Source of the DNA: Camelus ferus
Taxonomy: Eukaryota
Reading direction: 5' to 3'
Length of the DNA: 64,000 nt
Assembly (NCBI RefSeq): GCF_009834535.1
Contig: NC_045696.1
Coordinates: 82,896,001-82,960,000, forward strand
The translations under genes were made by a program, and so were the position numbers. This document shows positions 39,591-54,265 of the stretch, one piece after another. Within the stretch, counting starts at the first letter, position 1. Every line of letters begins with the position of its first letter. The notes beneath the pieces are model-generated. The model was not told the DNA's origin. It was given only the letters and a program-made list of their open reading frames with translations, and ran no database searches.

Positions 39591-42254
39591 TTTGAGTGTC
39601 ATCCAAATACCTTTTTTAGAAAACATTTGTGACTTCCTAGTAAGATTCTGTTACTCCCTTATATGCTTTCAAGTGGGTCCGCATTTAATTCTGACATATT
39701 TGTTTCAGTGAGTGTGATTGTCCCTGTTTTTAGTGACCTGGTTTCCTCTTGTCATTATCAACACCAAGCATGTGTGGCATAAATTTACAAAGACAAACTT
39801 TTAATGCTGATGATCCTAATTAACACTTATCTAGTACTTTATATTTTAATATGATGTAAATGAGACTTTATTTTACCAAAACTACTAGATTTAATTTTTC
39901 TTATCTATAAGTTATAATTAAATATCTAATATTGAGACCTATGTTTTTCTGACCATAACTGTCCAATGGCCTATTAAATTAGGATGCTGCAATGAAAGTT
40001 TTAATGTAATTGAAATTAATTAATGAAAGCTCTTATCACACAAGTGTTATTGTTCATGTCCTCTATTTTTGATGGTATTAAAAGTCAAAGTTAATTATTT
40101 TAGATAGTTTTTCCATTAAGGCAAGTATCAAATAAACATTATTTTCCAAGATAATGTAAAAATATATAAACACTTCTCTTCTTCAACTTGTATAGAAGTG
40201 TCTATAAGGGAACAAGGGGAGAATATCTGCTATGACTCTTCCCAGCCTCAAAGAAGTCTGATAAAAACTACAACTTTGTGCAATTGGATGTATCTTTCCC
40301 TCTGCTCACTCATTTGTGTGTGTATGTGTATGTGTGTGTGTATTGTGGAGGGGGGGGTTGAGAGAGAGAGAAAGATGGGGCAGCTAATCAGAAGTACAAA
40401 GTAGTAAGGACAATATAAGTAAGTATATGCTGCAAATAAGAAATATCGAACAAAAAGCACCATTTGTGTTCTGAGATGCCTGTTCAGATTCTGAGCCCTT
40501 AGTCAAGGTTTGTGAACCATGTAGCCCAACATCTGGTTTCAACATGTCTAAACAGCATAGAAGTAAGAAGACTGAGTCATCTAACTTTTCTCCCCTCAAC
40601 TCCTATCAGACTACTTTTGATGAATAATATATCCCCCATAAATTGCCACATTTGAAAGCATAATTAACAAATAGGTTTTCTTAATCACGTTGGCTTTGTT
40701 ACTTTTGGTTTTCATCCATGCAGTCTTTTGTTCTTCTACTTTTTCTTTCATTTTTTAAAAATAACAATTTTGATCCATTCAAGCTAGCAAGTTGGCAGTG
40801 TAACTGGAAACTAATAATTTATGTCTGTGCAAAACATGTTTTCATCATTCTTTGATAAAAGAGGTTAAGAGACAGGCTGTATAAAAAAAAACTAAACGAT
40901 GAGATGACTTTTTCTGGTCAAATGAATTTTTACTATGTGCATCTGTCACACCCAGGACTGTTTTCTTTATGTATTTTTATGCCTTGGGAAATCTAAATAT
41001 TAAATGATACCCTTTTTTTTTTAATGTTGGAAAGTGATGGGGGGGTATTACTGGTACCTGATTTTCCACAGTCTGAAAAATAGTTACATTAAATGTGAAA
41101 ATTGTACATGACTATAACAATAATTTAGCAGTCTCAACAAGTTTTCTGAATTTGTAAATACATAAAAAAGCAAGACAAAATAGAAAGATTCTGAATGGCC
41201 CAGGAATCAGACACCTGAATTCCTGTGATGGCTTAATTTCTAACAAGCTCTCTGTACTTGGCCAAGGGCTTAACTTCCCTGATCGCATGTCTTTAAAAGG
41301 AAGAAGTTAGGAAGAGATAGTCAGAACATTTATAATTATTTTGTAGCTTAATTTCAACTTTAAAATCTGACAGTGAAACTTAAATTCCATTTACATTTAT
41401 TTTAATGTTTACTTTAAAGCCCAAAAAGTTTGTCATAGTTTCAAAAATGCTCTCAAATGTATTACATGGGAACTTCTGTTATTAAACTCTTCACATAATG
41501 TAATCCTTGCAACCACAGACCAAACTATCACAAAGAACTTTTTAAGTAGAATATTCTTCTTTGCCATCATTTTATTTTCATGCTTGCTAAGTAAGCTTCA
41601 AAAGATATTTGGACAATTGCATTTTTATATCATTTCCCACCCCAATATTATCCTGGAAAACTGTGATTTTTTTTTTAACCATCAAGGATAATTTGAACAA
41701 AGTACAAATGAATGAGCACTCAGTACTTCCACAGTTTGAGTAGAGTGTTTACGAGCCATATCCCACCGATGTCGCCTAGAAGTAGCAAGTGCTGGTTGGC
41801 CCTTGACATCTACTTTCACATTTTCTTTGAACCCTTAGATTCACTGTAAGGATGTGTGTTGAAGCTCCAGCAGTGTTGCTCAGGGATATGAGTTTTCCAG
41901 AAATCTGTCCTTTTCAATGGTGCATAATTATATGATAATTAGGTAAGGTTATGTAGAGAAAATCTTTCTGTGCTTTTTATATCATATATAACAATATCAT
42001 TTATCAAGCAAAGGCCTGATAAGAACTAGAAGACTGGGATTGTTTTCCTGGTTCTGCCAAAGGCTCCATTCATAATCTGAATAATCACATAATTAGTTTC
42101 TTTCTTCATTTTCTTGTTTGTGAGGTTACGTTATTTTCCCATGGTTGCCATGAAAAGCATAAACAATAAAAATTTGCTCTGGAAGTGTTAAGAATCTAAA
42201 TTGTTAGGAAGACATGATACTAAAGCTAACTGCCTGTTTAAAAAAATGACATGA

Positions 42255-42527
<273 letters not shown>

Positions 42528-43349
42528 TGAGATGCAAGCGTAGTCCCCGGAGGGTTACAGTTCCTGCTGCTCTGTTCCTTCTTTAAGCACAACACTCCAG
42601 GTGATAAGCAGTTTCTGAACAATAAATCATAAAAGTTAAATTTGAATTAGCAAGACATACATAGTGGATTAATGGAAATCAGGTGGCCATCAACATAATC
42701 TGTAAGCACAGAAATCCATCGGTATCTGTGGAACTCTGATTAACCTGAGGTAGGAAGGGTGAATGAAAATTACACAAGTTCACGATCATTTATTTAGACT
42801 CTGCCTGTAAAACAAATTAAAATAGAGATTTCAACATTAATTTATTCAATTTATCCGGTGGGTTAGTGTTCAAAAATTATTGAGATAAATCTCACTTTAT
42901 TTGATATATATATGGAATCTCTACAGATGATAGATTTTTAAATGGGAAAAAATACCCAAATAACTAAATTGATGGGAATATTATATTTTCATATGGGTAA
43001 TTGATGCCAACTGAATATCATCGTAATTGGCTTTATTTTAAGTGGAAATTATAAATGCATGAATTCTGTCTCCACTGCATTGCTGACTTCACATGTCATT
43101 GACTTTAATTCCTTATCTCAACTATACTCTTGCTTTAGTTATGAAAAGTCTTAAAAGAAATCTATTTATAAGATATAATATTTGTAAGCTTTTTAAAAGA
43201 ACCCAAGAATTTACGCGGGTTACTTTATATTGCAAATATAATATGACGTTTGACAAGTATATAAACTCAAATGAAAAGTGATTTGGGTGGATAACAAACT
43301 GAAAAAGAAAAAAAAAAACCCTCTGTGCTTTCCCATTGGTTCATTTTAG

Positions 43350-43533
43350 GTATAAAGAGGAAGAATATAAAACTGGACTTTCTGCTCTAGATCATATCAG
43401 GCACTTCACAGATAGCCTCAAAATGAGGAAAATGGAAGATAATCAATACACTGAAGCTGAGGTGTCTTCTTTCAGTGCTTCCCATGTGCCAGAGGAACTT
43501 AAACAGCCGTTACACAGAAAGTCCAAATCACAG
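43350..43533 (+). CDS. MECOM: MECOM coding exon (184 nt)
   Basis: Acceptor cattttag; donor CAG|gtacag; [30 protein letters not shown]...HRKSKSQ. Confidence 0.97.
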
Positions 43534-45539
43534 GTACAGACCTTCCTGCAGTAGAGATGCATGATGACATTGTGCCTTTGACACCAAAGGCAGGTGTTCT
43601 TTGCAATGGTCTAGAATCTGAGCAGGTTCAGATGCTTTACTCAGAAGGTTCATGTCTTTCCTCTATGACCCAGTCCAAAATAGGTAACCGCTATGGCAGT
43701 TGACATGACTGCATTCTGCATAGAAACTTCTGTGACAAACCCTGACCTCCAATAATCTGCCCTTTACTTTGCAGTTGCCTTCCTTCTGTATGAGAGTCTA
43801 TAATGTTTGTTTGCACCTGTTTGTATGCTACTTCAGAATTACTTTCTAACTGCTTGGTGTCTAGAATTTTTGTCAACCTAATTGTATTTTCAGATTTTTG
43901 CAAAGTGAATTCTGTCCACTATTTTTGTTTCTTACTATATACAGTTAATTACTAAGTCATCTAATTATAGAATGTAGGAGTAAACTGAGGATCAAAGATG
44001 AAATGAGTTGCTAAAAGTCTGCAGCAATTTGATGGCAAATCTGGAAATAAGACCTATCCATTTTTATTGACCGAATAAATGAATGGTACCCAAGTTCATT
44101 GGGACCTCCAGCATTCTATCAGCACTATGGTAACCAAAATAAATCCCTTAAGGATCTATAAATACCAATTAAAGGAGCCTCGGTTCTTTTTTCACAAAAA
44201 AGGGAAGTCAATCCTTTCTGCTTGACATCTGCATTCAACCTGATTGTTTATTGAGGTCAATTTAAAAAAAAAAGGAAAGAAACTTTTTGTTGTTACCATA
44301 TTCTTTGGTCACTTTGCTCTAATTGTTTGATCCAGAGTTCATTTTGGAGATGGCCTGACATATCCAACCATGTGACCGTATTAACTTCTACATTTGGAAA
44401 TTTCCTGTTTGGCTGAGATGTTTTGGGCTGGTCTTCACAGCAAATGTGGTTATATCTCAACTAAAGTGGGGAAAATGTTATTCCAGTGGGATAATACAAA
44501 TTTTAAAATATCAGTAAATTCAATAAAGTCTGAAGATATTATGTATGGCAACAGGTAGGATAAATGTTCTTTCTGAATTGAAGTGAGAGCAGCCAGCCTC
44601 AGCAACGGAGCTGCCCTGCTCCGTGAGCTGGAGACCATCACTCCGCAGCTCTGGGCGCCGTCTCCTCATTGTAAAGTGGGGTGAATGGAGATGTCTAAGA
44701 CCCTTCCTGCTCTATGATTCAGTGGGGATAAAAATGAATTTTTCCATTTCTAACATTAAAAGTAACTTGGCCAGAGTAGACATCTCATTTTCACTTGGAA
44801 CCAGCCATAAGAGGTGGCTAACATACATTTCTTCAACTCTTGATTTCCCATTCTTCTTCCCTAGTTGATCAGAGAACTGGGGGAGCCAGGTTTTCTTTCT
44901 ATTTAAAAAGAAGTCTTTTAATTATTCCATCCCAAATTACAAGACATTGTAAGGCACAACACCTGAAGATTCCTGAAACTGTCACAAGTGACAGAAAACA
45001 AAGGGACCTGGGAACCTAGAGATAGTGGAAATGGTATTTCAGTGTCAGCATTTTGACATATGAAGTCCCTGCCCAGCTGGGCTAACAGCTACCATCACAG
45101 GAAATACTAGCATTTTGCGATTCTAGCTCATATTTTTGTTACTTGATTATGTCATACACACACACACACACATATATATATATATCTCAGTTTGAAAATG
45201 GTCAGGCCTTTTTGCAAACTGACTTTATTTCATGAGACTCTTCATTCCATTCATTCAGTTCTTATCAACTGTCAGTTATATGCTGGGCACCGATCCTTGT
45301 GCATGAAAATGTTTATTTCCTTTGATTACCAAAAGGCAGATATGCCATATTTACCATTTTCTAGAATCTGAATAGATTCAGATGTTTTGCTCAAAACTCA
45401 TATATTTACTCTGAGATTTTTATGGCGATTGAATCCAAAATAGTTGACCAATACAACAGTGGCTGCCTTCTGCATGGAATTTTCCTGAAAAATCCTATCC
45501 TGCAAAAATGAATTTCATGATAAACAGGGACAATTTACA

Positions 45540-45750
45540 TCAGGCACACTGAACTAAGCACTTCATGTAAGTTAGTGCTTGTGATTCCTCCACAACCCTT
45601 GGAGGTAAGTTTTTGTAATTATTATCCACATTTTAGATGAGGAAAGTAACCTTGAAAGGTTAAGCAACTTGCCCAAAGTCACACAGTTGGTTGAATAGAG
45701 GCAGGTTAGAAGCCAGAATTACAACTCAGGATTTCAAAATTTCCTCTGCA
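45540..45750. mobile_element. MIR SINE
   Basis: cacaacccttggaggtaag...cattttagatgaggaaa...aggttaagcaacttgcccaaagtcacacag. Confidence 0.85.
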
Positions 45751-46629
45751 CTCCATTTCCCCTTTCCCCTTTCCAAATATCAGAACGAGTTTTGGTAAAT
45801 CCATTGCAGAGTATTCTTTATCTTAATCTCTAAACGTGGGAACATTAATTAGAGTAGATCAAGTTCAATGTCACTTCCCCCATACTTTAAACTCTACAAT
45901 GGACAAGAACTCTCATCTATCCTTGATTCCCTGGGACCTCGCACAGTGCTACTCTCCTGGAGGAGAGTAGATGCTTAAGAAATCTCTTGTTATGTGTCTG
46001 CGGAGATTCTGTAGAGGTCCAGAAGGCAGACTGCATGCATAAAAGTCAAATGTGTACATTGAGAGCCATGACCCAGCAGATCAAAATCAGCCCGCGAGGG
46101 CAGATTTTCTAACTGAATGCCATGATTACGGAAGAAACCACAGACCGGCCACATGTCTCAGCACGACTCCCAGAGATGAAATTCTGCTTAACAACAGAGG
46201 CATTTTGTCTTTGTTTACAGACAGTGGAATGTCTTTGGCAGGACTTTAATGATCCCACTTCAGCAGCATTTTGACAAGCAAGTTTAGCAATGGATGAGAC
46301 CAATAGCAAATCAACAGTGAAAAGTTCACTCGCAAGTCAAGACCAAATATTTCATTTGAATATTTTACTTGGCAGCAAATGGGAGGACTCTCTGAGCAGT
46401 TATTTAGAATTTGACATGATGATAAGGAAGAAAGAGCACTTCCTCACAGATTGCCTCCGTGCACCTTCTGCTCCAGCAGGTACTGGAGCCCAGGGGTTAG
46501 AACTGTGTTGGGTCTTGTGTTCAGGTGTTTTTGTTTTTTTTTTTTTTTTTTGTATCACCAACTTGATCTACCTCGACTTTCAAGGTCTTTAGGTGTCAGC
46601 ATTGAACATTTCAAGCATGGAGGGGAACT

Positions 46630-46780
46630 GGAAAAAGGACACTGGATTAAAAGTTGGGCAGAAATGAGTTTTACATATGCTTCCAACACTATCCAGTTGA
46701 GTGACTTTGGGCAAGTCTTCTCACCTGCAGGCTCTCAGTTACAAAGCACAGGGGTCGGGTGGACTGTTTCCTCCAGACCA
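46630..46780. mobile_element. MIR-like SINE fragment
   Basis: gtgactttgggcaagtc...gctctcagtt. Confidence 0.55.
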
Positions 46781-47123
46781 CAGTGCTGCCAAGGCTGGCC
46801 TGGCCTTTCTTTGTGTTTGCAGTTTCAGTCATAAGCATAGAGTAGTACGTTTGGTGAGTTGAACATGTGCATGAACAGTAGGTGGATGGTTATTGTATTT
46901 CTGGTTGGGAAGGGGGATGACACCTATTTCCTAATGGAGGCATTATTGACATTCTAGACAGAATAATTAAGTTTTTATTCTGCAGATTGTGTCACTTTTG
47001 TGACCTCAAGGCACTGAAGGTCAACATTAACACCACGTCATTAGGACACACCAAAAAATGCCCTGTGCTTTTCCAAACACACCCACCAGCAATGCTCCCA
47101 CTCAGGGTCCCTTCTCTTCCTAA

Positions 47124-47336
<213 letters not shown>

Positions 47337-47483
47337 CATTCCCAAGGTCGACCAGATGGGACCAAGTCCAGCAGTAGCATGGCTCTTTCACACAGGACTA
47401 TTTAAAAGACTGCTGAGCAGAATGCCTTAGAGACCTGAAGGGTCACTCATTTAAAGTCTGGGGACCTTAAACTGAATGATTTT

Positions 47484-47542
47484 AAAAAAAGAAAGAAAGA
47501 GAGAGAGAAAAAGAAAGAAAGAAAGAAAGAAAGAAAAAGAAA
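47484..47542 (+). repeat. (GAAA)n/(GA)n purine microsatellite in the 3'UTR
   Basis: aaaaaaagaaagaaagagagagagaaaaagaaagaaagaaagaaagaaagaaaaagaaa. Confidence 0.95.
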
Positions 47543-48203
47543 CTATTTATTCTCGATATTTTGTTTTGCACAGCAAAGGCAGCTGCTGACTTCTGGAGGA
47601 TCAATGCGACGGAAAGTGATTCAGTAACAATGAAAAACTGGCTGGGCAGACGGCGTCTTCCGGTTCACCCAGCCCTGGGGGGCGGGTGGGAGAGGGGGCA
47701 GTGGACATGGCGGCGTTGAGACGAATGAACACTCCGTAGGAACTGAATTCTTTTTTTCTACAAGATCACCTGACACATGATTCGGAACAGTTGCTTTGAA
47801 TTACAGGTTTAATTGTTTTTTTTCCTTCGTTAAAGGTTTATGTAATTTAACCCTTTGAAGACAGAAGTAGTTGGATGAAATGCACACTTGATTATTATAG
47901 AAACTGATAACAGGAGTATTTGTTTCCCATTAACGTTTGCCTTCTTAAGTACATTGTTTAAAACTAGGGAAAAAGGGTATGTGTATAGTGTAAACTATGG
48001 CTGTTCAACGCTCAGAGAGGCTGTCAGTGAGGTGACCTGTTCATCACAGTACCGCTGTACCACTACACTAATAGAAGGTTTGCCAAATCCTTGTAATAAC
48101 ATCTTAATTTTAGACAATCATGTCACTGTTTTTTAATGTTTAATTTTTTTTGCGTGTGTTGCGTGTATCATGTATTTATTTGTTGGCAAACTATTGTTTG
48201 TTG

Positions 48204-48209
48204 ATTAAA
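48204..48209 (+). terminator. Candidate proximal polyadenylation signal ATTAAA (a second ATTAAA at 48479-48484)
   Basis: Variant hexamer preceded by a U-rich/TGTA tract. Confidence 0.45.
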
Positions 48210-48773
48210 ATAGCACTGTTCCAGTCGGCCACTAATTCCTGACGTATGAGGCACACCCCTTTCTGCATTTCAAGGACCAAGGTGACTCGACCTGTGTGTG
48301 GGAGTGCCAAGTGGTGTTTGGCTTTTGGCTTTTCTTAACATTCCTTTTTTTGTTGTTGTTGTTTGTTTGCCTTCTTAATGAGCTAAATACAAATAGATGC
48401 AACTTAGTTTTTGTAATACTGAAATTGATTCAATTGTATAAACGATTATAATTTCTTTCATAAAGCATGATTCTTCTGATTAAAAAACCTGTACCCCATA
48501 TTTTATGCTGGTTGTCTGCAAGCTTGTGCGATGTTATGTTCATGTTAATCCTATTTGTAAAATGAAGTGTTCCAGACCTTATGTTAAAAGAGAGACGTAA
48601 ATAACAGACTGTATTCAGTTATTTTGCCCTTTATTGAGGAACCAGATTTGTTTTCTTTTTGTTTGTAATCTCATTTTGGAATAATCGGCAAGTTGAGGTA
48701 CTTTCTTCAAATGCTTTGTACAATATAAACTGTTATGCCTTTCAGTGCATTACTATGGGAGGAGCAACTAAAA

Positions 48774-48779
48774 AATAAA
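48774..48779 (+). terminator. Distal polyadenylation signal AATAAA
   Basis: Canonical hexamer with upstream TGTA motifs and downstream T/GT-rich sequence (ttatttttcccactgtgtgatattt). Confidence 0.75.
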
Positions 48780-50164
48780 GACTTACAAAAATGGTTATTT
48801 TTCCCACTGTGTGATATTTCCCCTTCTCATGCAATTTTACCTGTGGGATCCCGTGATTTAAGGATCGGCTGCCTGGGACCTTGACGCCCTGACAGAGACA
48901 TGGAGCACAGCACGTGGTGTACAGTTTGAGATGACGTGAAGTGTAGCCCTTGGCTTTACCCCCCACTCCTTGTTCTGGACTTTCTCCTTGTGGTGCCAAG
49001 TCAGGGCTCAGGGGCAACACTACATGGTCCTTGGTATCATTCCATGTCTCAGGACAGAGCATCCTACAATTTTTCTTCTTGATGTCACGTAGTGCATGCT
49101 AAAAGGTGTTCTGTTTCTTATTTTTGTTTTTAATCACCCAAATACTGTTAACTGATTCCAAGAGGGTAGGGACACTTTAACTTTTCTACGATCCTTTTAA
49201 GTCTTTGTCCACAGGCAAAATATCATTTTTTTCACAGTGATACTCAGAGGCTTGTTGTGATTTTGAGTTTGAGTTTTCTTTCTTTATCAAAAAAAAAAAT
49301 TGCTGCACATTGCTACAAATTCTTCAGGACAATCACTTAGCAGTTGCTCCATATTCCATCGGGTTTGATCTACTATGATGCCTTCAACCATTTCAGTTTT
49401 GTTGAAAATGTATGTTTTCTGCTTTTCGCTTGTGTAAACAATGGCATTTTAGTTTTCACGCACATAATTGTCTCTATGTGTTCACATATGTACACACGGG
49501 GTTGGAATGTGAGGAGTGGTATTTCCATAGGATAGATTCTCTGGTGGGAAAGCAATTATGAATATATTTTTGCACCTTAAATACAATGCCAGTTGTTTTA
49601 GATATGGTTCTTTCAACTTGGCCGGCTGTAGAGGTTTTAACAAGGCTTGCAGATTAAGTAAGTATGACATGTGGAAATAGATCCCGACTAATTTCTTCAT
49701 TTGTTTATTTATTCATTCTTAACCACAATGCCAGATACAGAGAGAAACTTCCTCACATCCTTTCTAAATGTCAGTAGTATAGGAATTAAATAAATGGGGC
49801 ATAAATATTGATATTTTTAAAGTGTGCCCAGGAAATACTCAGAAAATATATTGAAGCTATAAATATGGCCTATACGGAAGAAGAAGAATCTAGTACTTGA
49901 GACTTAACAACACATTTGAGAAAATGGAGGAGCGTCTGGAACGTGCTGTGCATTTTCCTTTGTTGTAGAGAAAATACCTATAAATTCCGAAGCCATTCGA
50001 ATGCTCTCAACGCCACTGAATTCTTGTTAGATCTGAGCATGACAGTTCAGTTGTTTGCTAATGCTTGGCCCCTCCAAATTCCAAAGAGGCTTTCAAGCCT
50101 TACATTTCTGCCTTCTTTTACATCCATCTCCCCAGCGGCCCTGTGGAGAGGCCGGGAGATGCGG

Positions 50165-50335
50165 TGGGGACAGTATCGGATTTGGAAGCTGAAGGCCTGG
50201 GTCTGAGCTCTGGCTCCATTACTTTAGTGGCTTTGAGGTCTCAGGCAAGTCACATACTTTTCAAAATCTCATCTGTGAAACCAGGGTAATAATTCCTGCT
50301 TCTTCTGCTACTGCCCTGGGTGTCTGTGAGTGCTG
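50165..50335. mobile_element. MIR SINE
   Basis: cctgggtctgagctctggctccattactta...caggcaagtcac...ctcatctgtgaaa. Confidence 0.7.
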
Positions 50336-50789
50336 AAAATCAAAATACATTTTTGGAAATACTAGGTTAAAGTTCTCCACATGCAGGCACTTCATAATTT
50401 TGGTGATAGTTAATAAAATATATGTGTGTATATGTGTGTGGACATATGCACAAACACTGTGCTAAGAAGAACTTTTTAGGACATAGCAGAGATCATTCTA
50501 GAGTATACAAAAGTGGATATAGACTTTTTTGGAAAAAAATGTTAGAGACATTTCTTGAACAAACATGTAGCTTTGAAAAATAAGGAAAACCCAGCCCTTG
50601 AAAACCATGAGCCGTCCGGTCTAATTGTTGAGTGCTCTCAAAAAATTCAAGGACAGCTAAGAAAACACATTCAAAGAAGAGGTACACTGGAACTCTTATT
50701 TTCAGATAATGACCATTAACCAATTTTTTTTTTCTGTACCAGATGAATAAAATGAATTATTCAGTTTTTAAACAGCTTGTTAGACCGAA

Positions 50790-50970
50790 GTCATGCTGGG
50801 AATGTGTGCATTCATTACCTCAGTTAATCATCACAGTGGGCCTGCAGGCAGGAAGCACTATTCCTGTTTCACAGATGAGGAAACTGGAGCTCGGAGAATG
50901 GAAGAACCTAACTCAAAGTCACTCCACTGGGGACTGGCTGGCTGGGAATCCAGGGGTGCCCGGCTCCTGA
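50790..50970. mobile_element. MIR SINE
   Basis: cctgtttcacagatgaggaaactggagctcggaga...aactcaaagtcac. Confidence 0.8.
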
Positions 50971-51702
50971 GCCCACCCTTAGCCAAGCGTCTCCGATCCT
51001 CCTGGTTCAAGCGCAGCTAAAGAACTCCAAAAAAGAATGTTCCAAACCAAGGATATGTGCCCACAGAGAGCAAGGCTGCTGGAGATGCAAATGTGCCCGG
51101 GAGACAGTTAGGCGTCTGTGTCTTGGCTGTGAAGAGTCTGAAAGGTGAGCGCCAAGCACTGGTTCCCAGGCTTTTTCTATCCAGGTTATCTCAAGTAAGA
51201 AAAACACTAGTGTTTTTAAAAGATCCTAAATGCTTCCTCGATAAGGGAAGGGCCTGAGGCATCTTGTTTGCAATTTTTAGCAGGTTTTTGAGTTTCCTCC
51301 TTATCCTTTTTTGAAAGAAAGAAAAAAAAAGATACACTCCAAACCTACATTTTGAAATTATTAACATGACATGACTTAAACCCTCTCTAAGATGGTTAGC
51401 AGACTCACCGTGAGAGAAAGCAAACGTGAAAGCAAGCACAGTTAAAAAGTGCACTTCTTTCTTTTTCTCCAGGTTTAAAGAATTCTTAACAGAAGGATTG
51501 TGGGAGAAGCGGGAAGAGTAAAGGAAAAAATCAATAGGCTAGGTCCAGGAGCGCCAGAGTTTAGAGAGCCAGCCAGCTCTTCCCCAAGACATTTAGGTTA
51601 GTATTTAATTGTTCATTACATTTACATAACTCATTTCTGAATATGAGACTGTCCTTGGTGCAGTATTTAGAAAATGTTTAAAATATTTAGAAAAAGGATG
51701 TA

Positions 51703-52430
51703 GGATGGCAACTATCCAAAAAAAAAAAAAAAAAAAAAAACACCCTCCCGAAAATAACAAGTGCTGACAAGAGTATAGAGAAATCGGAACCTTTGTGCAC
51801 TGTTGCTAGGAATGTAAAATGGTGCAGCCAGTATGGAAAACAGTATGGCAGTTCCTGGAGATAGCAAAACTTGAATAACCATACGATCCCATGCGTCCAC
51901 TTCTGGGTTTACATCCAAAAGGAATTGAAAGCAGAGTCTCGAAGAGATTTTGTACACTCCTGCTTGTAGCAGCGTTATTCACAATAGCTAAGAAGTAGAA
52001 GCAACCCAGGTGACCACTGATGAATGAATTAGATAAACAAAATGTGTAATATACAAACAGTGGAGTATTACTGCCTCAAAAAGAAAGAACATTCTGACAC
52101 AAGCTACAATATGGGTAAACTTTGAGGACATTATGCTAAGTGAAATAAGCTAGTCACAAAAAGACAAATACTGTGATTCCACCCGTATGAGGCACCTGGA
52201 ATAGTCAAGTTCATAGAGCTAGAGAGCGGAAAGGTGGTTGCCAGTGCTTGGGGGCAGGGAGGAATGGGGAGTTGTTGTTTAATGGGTATGGAATTTCAGG
52301 TTTGCAAGATGAAAAGAGTTCCAGAGATTGGAAGCACAACAATGTGAATTCACTTACCACTACTGAATTGTACACTTAGTATAGTTAAGATCATAATTTT
52401 ATGCTATATATTTTTTACTCCAATTAAAAA
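51703..52430 (+). mobile_element. LINE-1 (L1MB-like) ORF2 end and 3'UTR, with internal A-run
   Basis: aaaataacaagtgctg...ggaatgtaaaatggtgcagcc...tgaggacattatgctaagtgaaataagctagtcacaaaaagacaaatactg...actgaattgtacactta. Confidence 0.9.
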
Positions 52431-53279
52431 CAACAGATGTAATTCAATCCCTCTCTGTCTGTATGGTTCTTTAAGGTGAAAGAAACAAATTCTTTTCAAC
52501 TCAGAGAAGCAAATTACCAGGTGCATAACAGGAGAGCTCTTAACAGTGAAAGAGAGAGCTGGGGACCCAGACCTAGAACATGACCCAGAACCAGTGGGTA
52601 GGCAAAGCCAGACCCACAGACAGCCCCTTAGGCTGTTATCAAGATGAATCAACTATCATTATGTTCAGCATTTTTTGTCATTCGGGGTCTAGACTGAAAT
52701 TCTAGAGACAGAGTATGAAATTGGCTCTACCTGAAATCCTACTGGATCAAGACAACATTAAACTCATCTGAAGGTATGGGGCAGGAAAGGCCTGTTCCCG
52801 TGCAGCCAGACTGAGAGACTCCTCCCAAATAAGTGGGCATACATTATGGAGGGCAAAAACAAACATCCACATCATCTGTATGACAGGAGGACTAACATAT
52901 ATATGTAAGGGGCAGTATTTTCAGGGCAGGACACAGAATTTGGTAATGTCGAAGGTAATCAGAGGATAACATACTAGTACCTGCAAAATTAGAACTGTTT
53001 CAATTAGAACATCGGACTTACAATCCTCACAGGAAGAATTGTTTCAAAGAATTCTTGAAATAAGGATTGTTGTTATATATTTTTTTAAGTGCTTCAGTTA
53101 TGACTCCTACCGATGACTATACCAAGACTGGCAATAAAACTGTAGCCAAGGAGCCACGTGTTACCCAGAATTAAAGTGAACTGATTCATAAAAGAGTTTT
53201 GCAAACTTCTTTGGGGGCATGTGCAATAGTCATGGTGAGTAAGAAACTAAAGTATTTGCCCAAATCAGAAACATTAAGT

Positions 53280-53620
53280 CAATGTCTAGAAAGGAAACCA
53301 GAAACTACTCTGAATATTTTAAGCAGAGAGGGATTGAATGCAAAGGGTTGCACCACAAAAGCATTGGAAGGGCTGAAAAAGCAAAGGAAGAAAAGGATGT
53401 AAACCAGGGAGCAGGGAGTAGCCTGTGCCCTCACCATGGAGCTGTGGGACCATGGCTGCTGCTGATGGAGTCAGCCTTCCTGCTGCCTTCTCACCTCCCA
53501 CCAATGCCTGTCACTGTGCCGAACTGGAAACCAACTGGCTAGGGTGTCTGGGGACTGGGGTTTTGTTTTCAAGCACCCAGGCCCCTGTGATATAGAGGAA
53601 TGCTGGGAAAGGTGCTGGGT
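53280..53620. mobile_element. Possible old LTR (ERVL/MaLR-type) fragment
   Basis: agaaactactctgaatattttaagcagagagggattgaatgca...cattggaagggctg; resemblance only. Confidence 0.35.
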
Positions 53621-53699
53621 GCCAACAGACCACATCTGGCATGGGGCTACCTAAGCTAGACATACACACTAGTTTAATGGGGGAAGCCTCCAATAAATT

Positions 53700-54265
53700 T
53701 CCCATTATTTTTAGAATTTATATCATGGCCTCCAGGGCCCTGCGTGAGCCAGTTTTTGCCTGCCTCTTTAGTCTGTTCCCACTTGCCTGTTTCTCATGTG
53801 TTCTATTACCTTCACTCACCAAATTCAACTCCACTTTCAAGGACTTTGCACATAGTACCCTGTGAACTTGGAACACTTCCTCTTGTCTCATTCTCTGTTC
53901 AGAACCTCTCTCCCCCCACCTCTCCCTGCTGCCACATTCCTGGTTGCCTAAATTAGCTTACCCTTTAGATTTTAACTTATATCTTACTTCTTCAGAGAAA
54001 CTTTCCCTGATAGCGTCTCAAACATTCTCCACTTATTCATGAAAATTAAGTAGTTTCCTTGTACTCGCTCATCAAATCACTTACGACATGTTCAGCGCAC
54101 CCATTACAACGTGTAATTGTATATATTTATAGATAATTTAAGATTTCTCTTCCTAAATTCTTAAGCTCCAGTGGGTGCAGTGTCTACTGTGATCTGTGTT
54201 GTGTTCCCCATAACTAAGACAGACATTGTGTCTAGTCTATGTGTTTTATTAAATCAATGGATGTT
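53700..54265. mobile_element. L2 LINE fragment
   Basis: tcaaggactttgcacat...cttcttcagagaaactttccctga...taagctcca. Confidence 0.65.

Larger units (their letters stand above)
47337..48800 (+). other. MECOM: MECOM 3'UTR (end approximate)
   Basis: AU-rich sequence free of interspersed repeats, between the stop codon and the AATAAA at 48774. Confidence 0.8.

Noticed and set aside
44866..44878. TGATCAGAGAACT identical to 13 nt of the microexon, after a pyrimidine tract and TAG
   Set aside because: Only a 13-mer, with no matching donor or remaining exon sequence; compatible with chance
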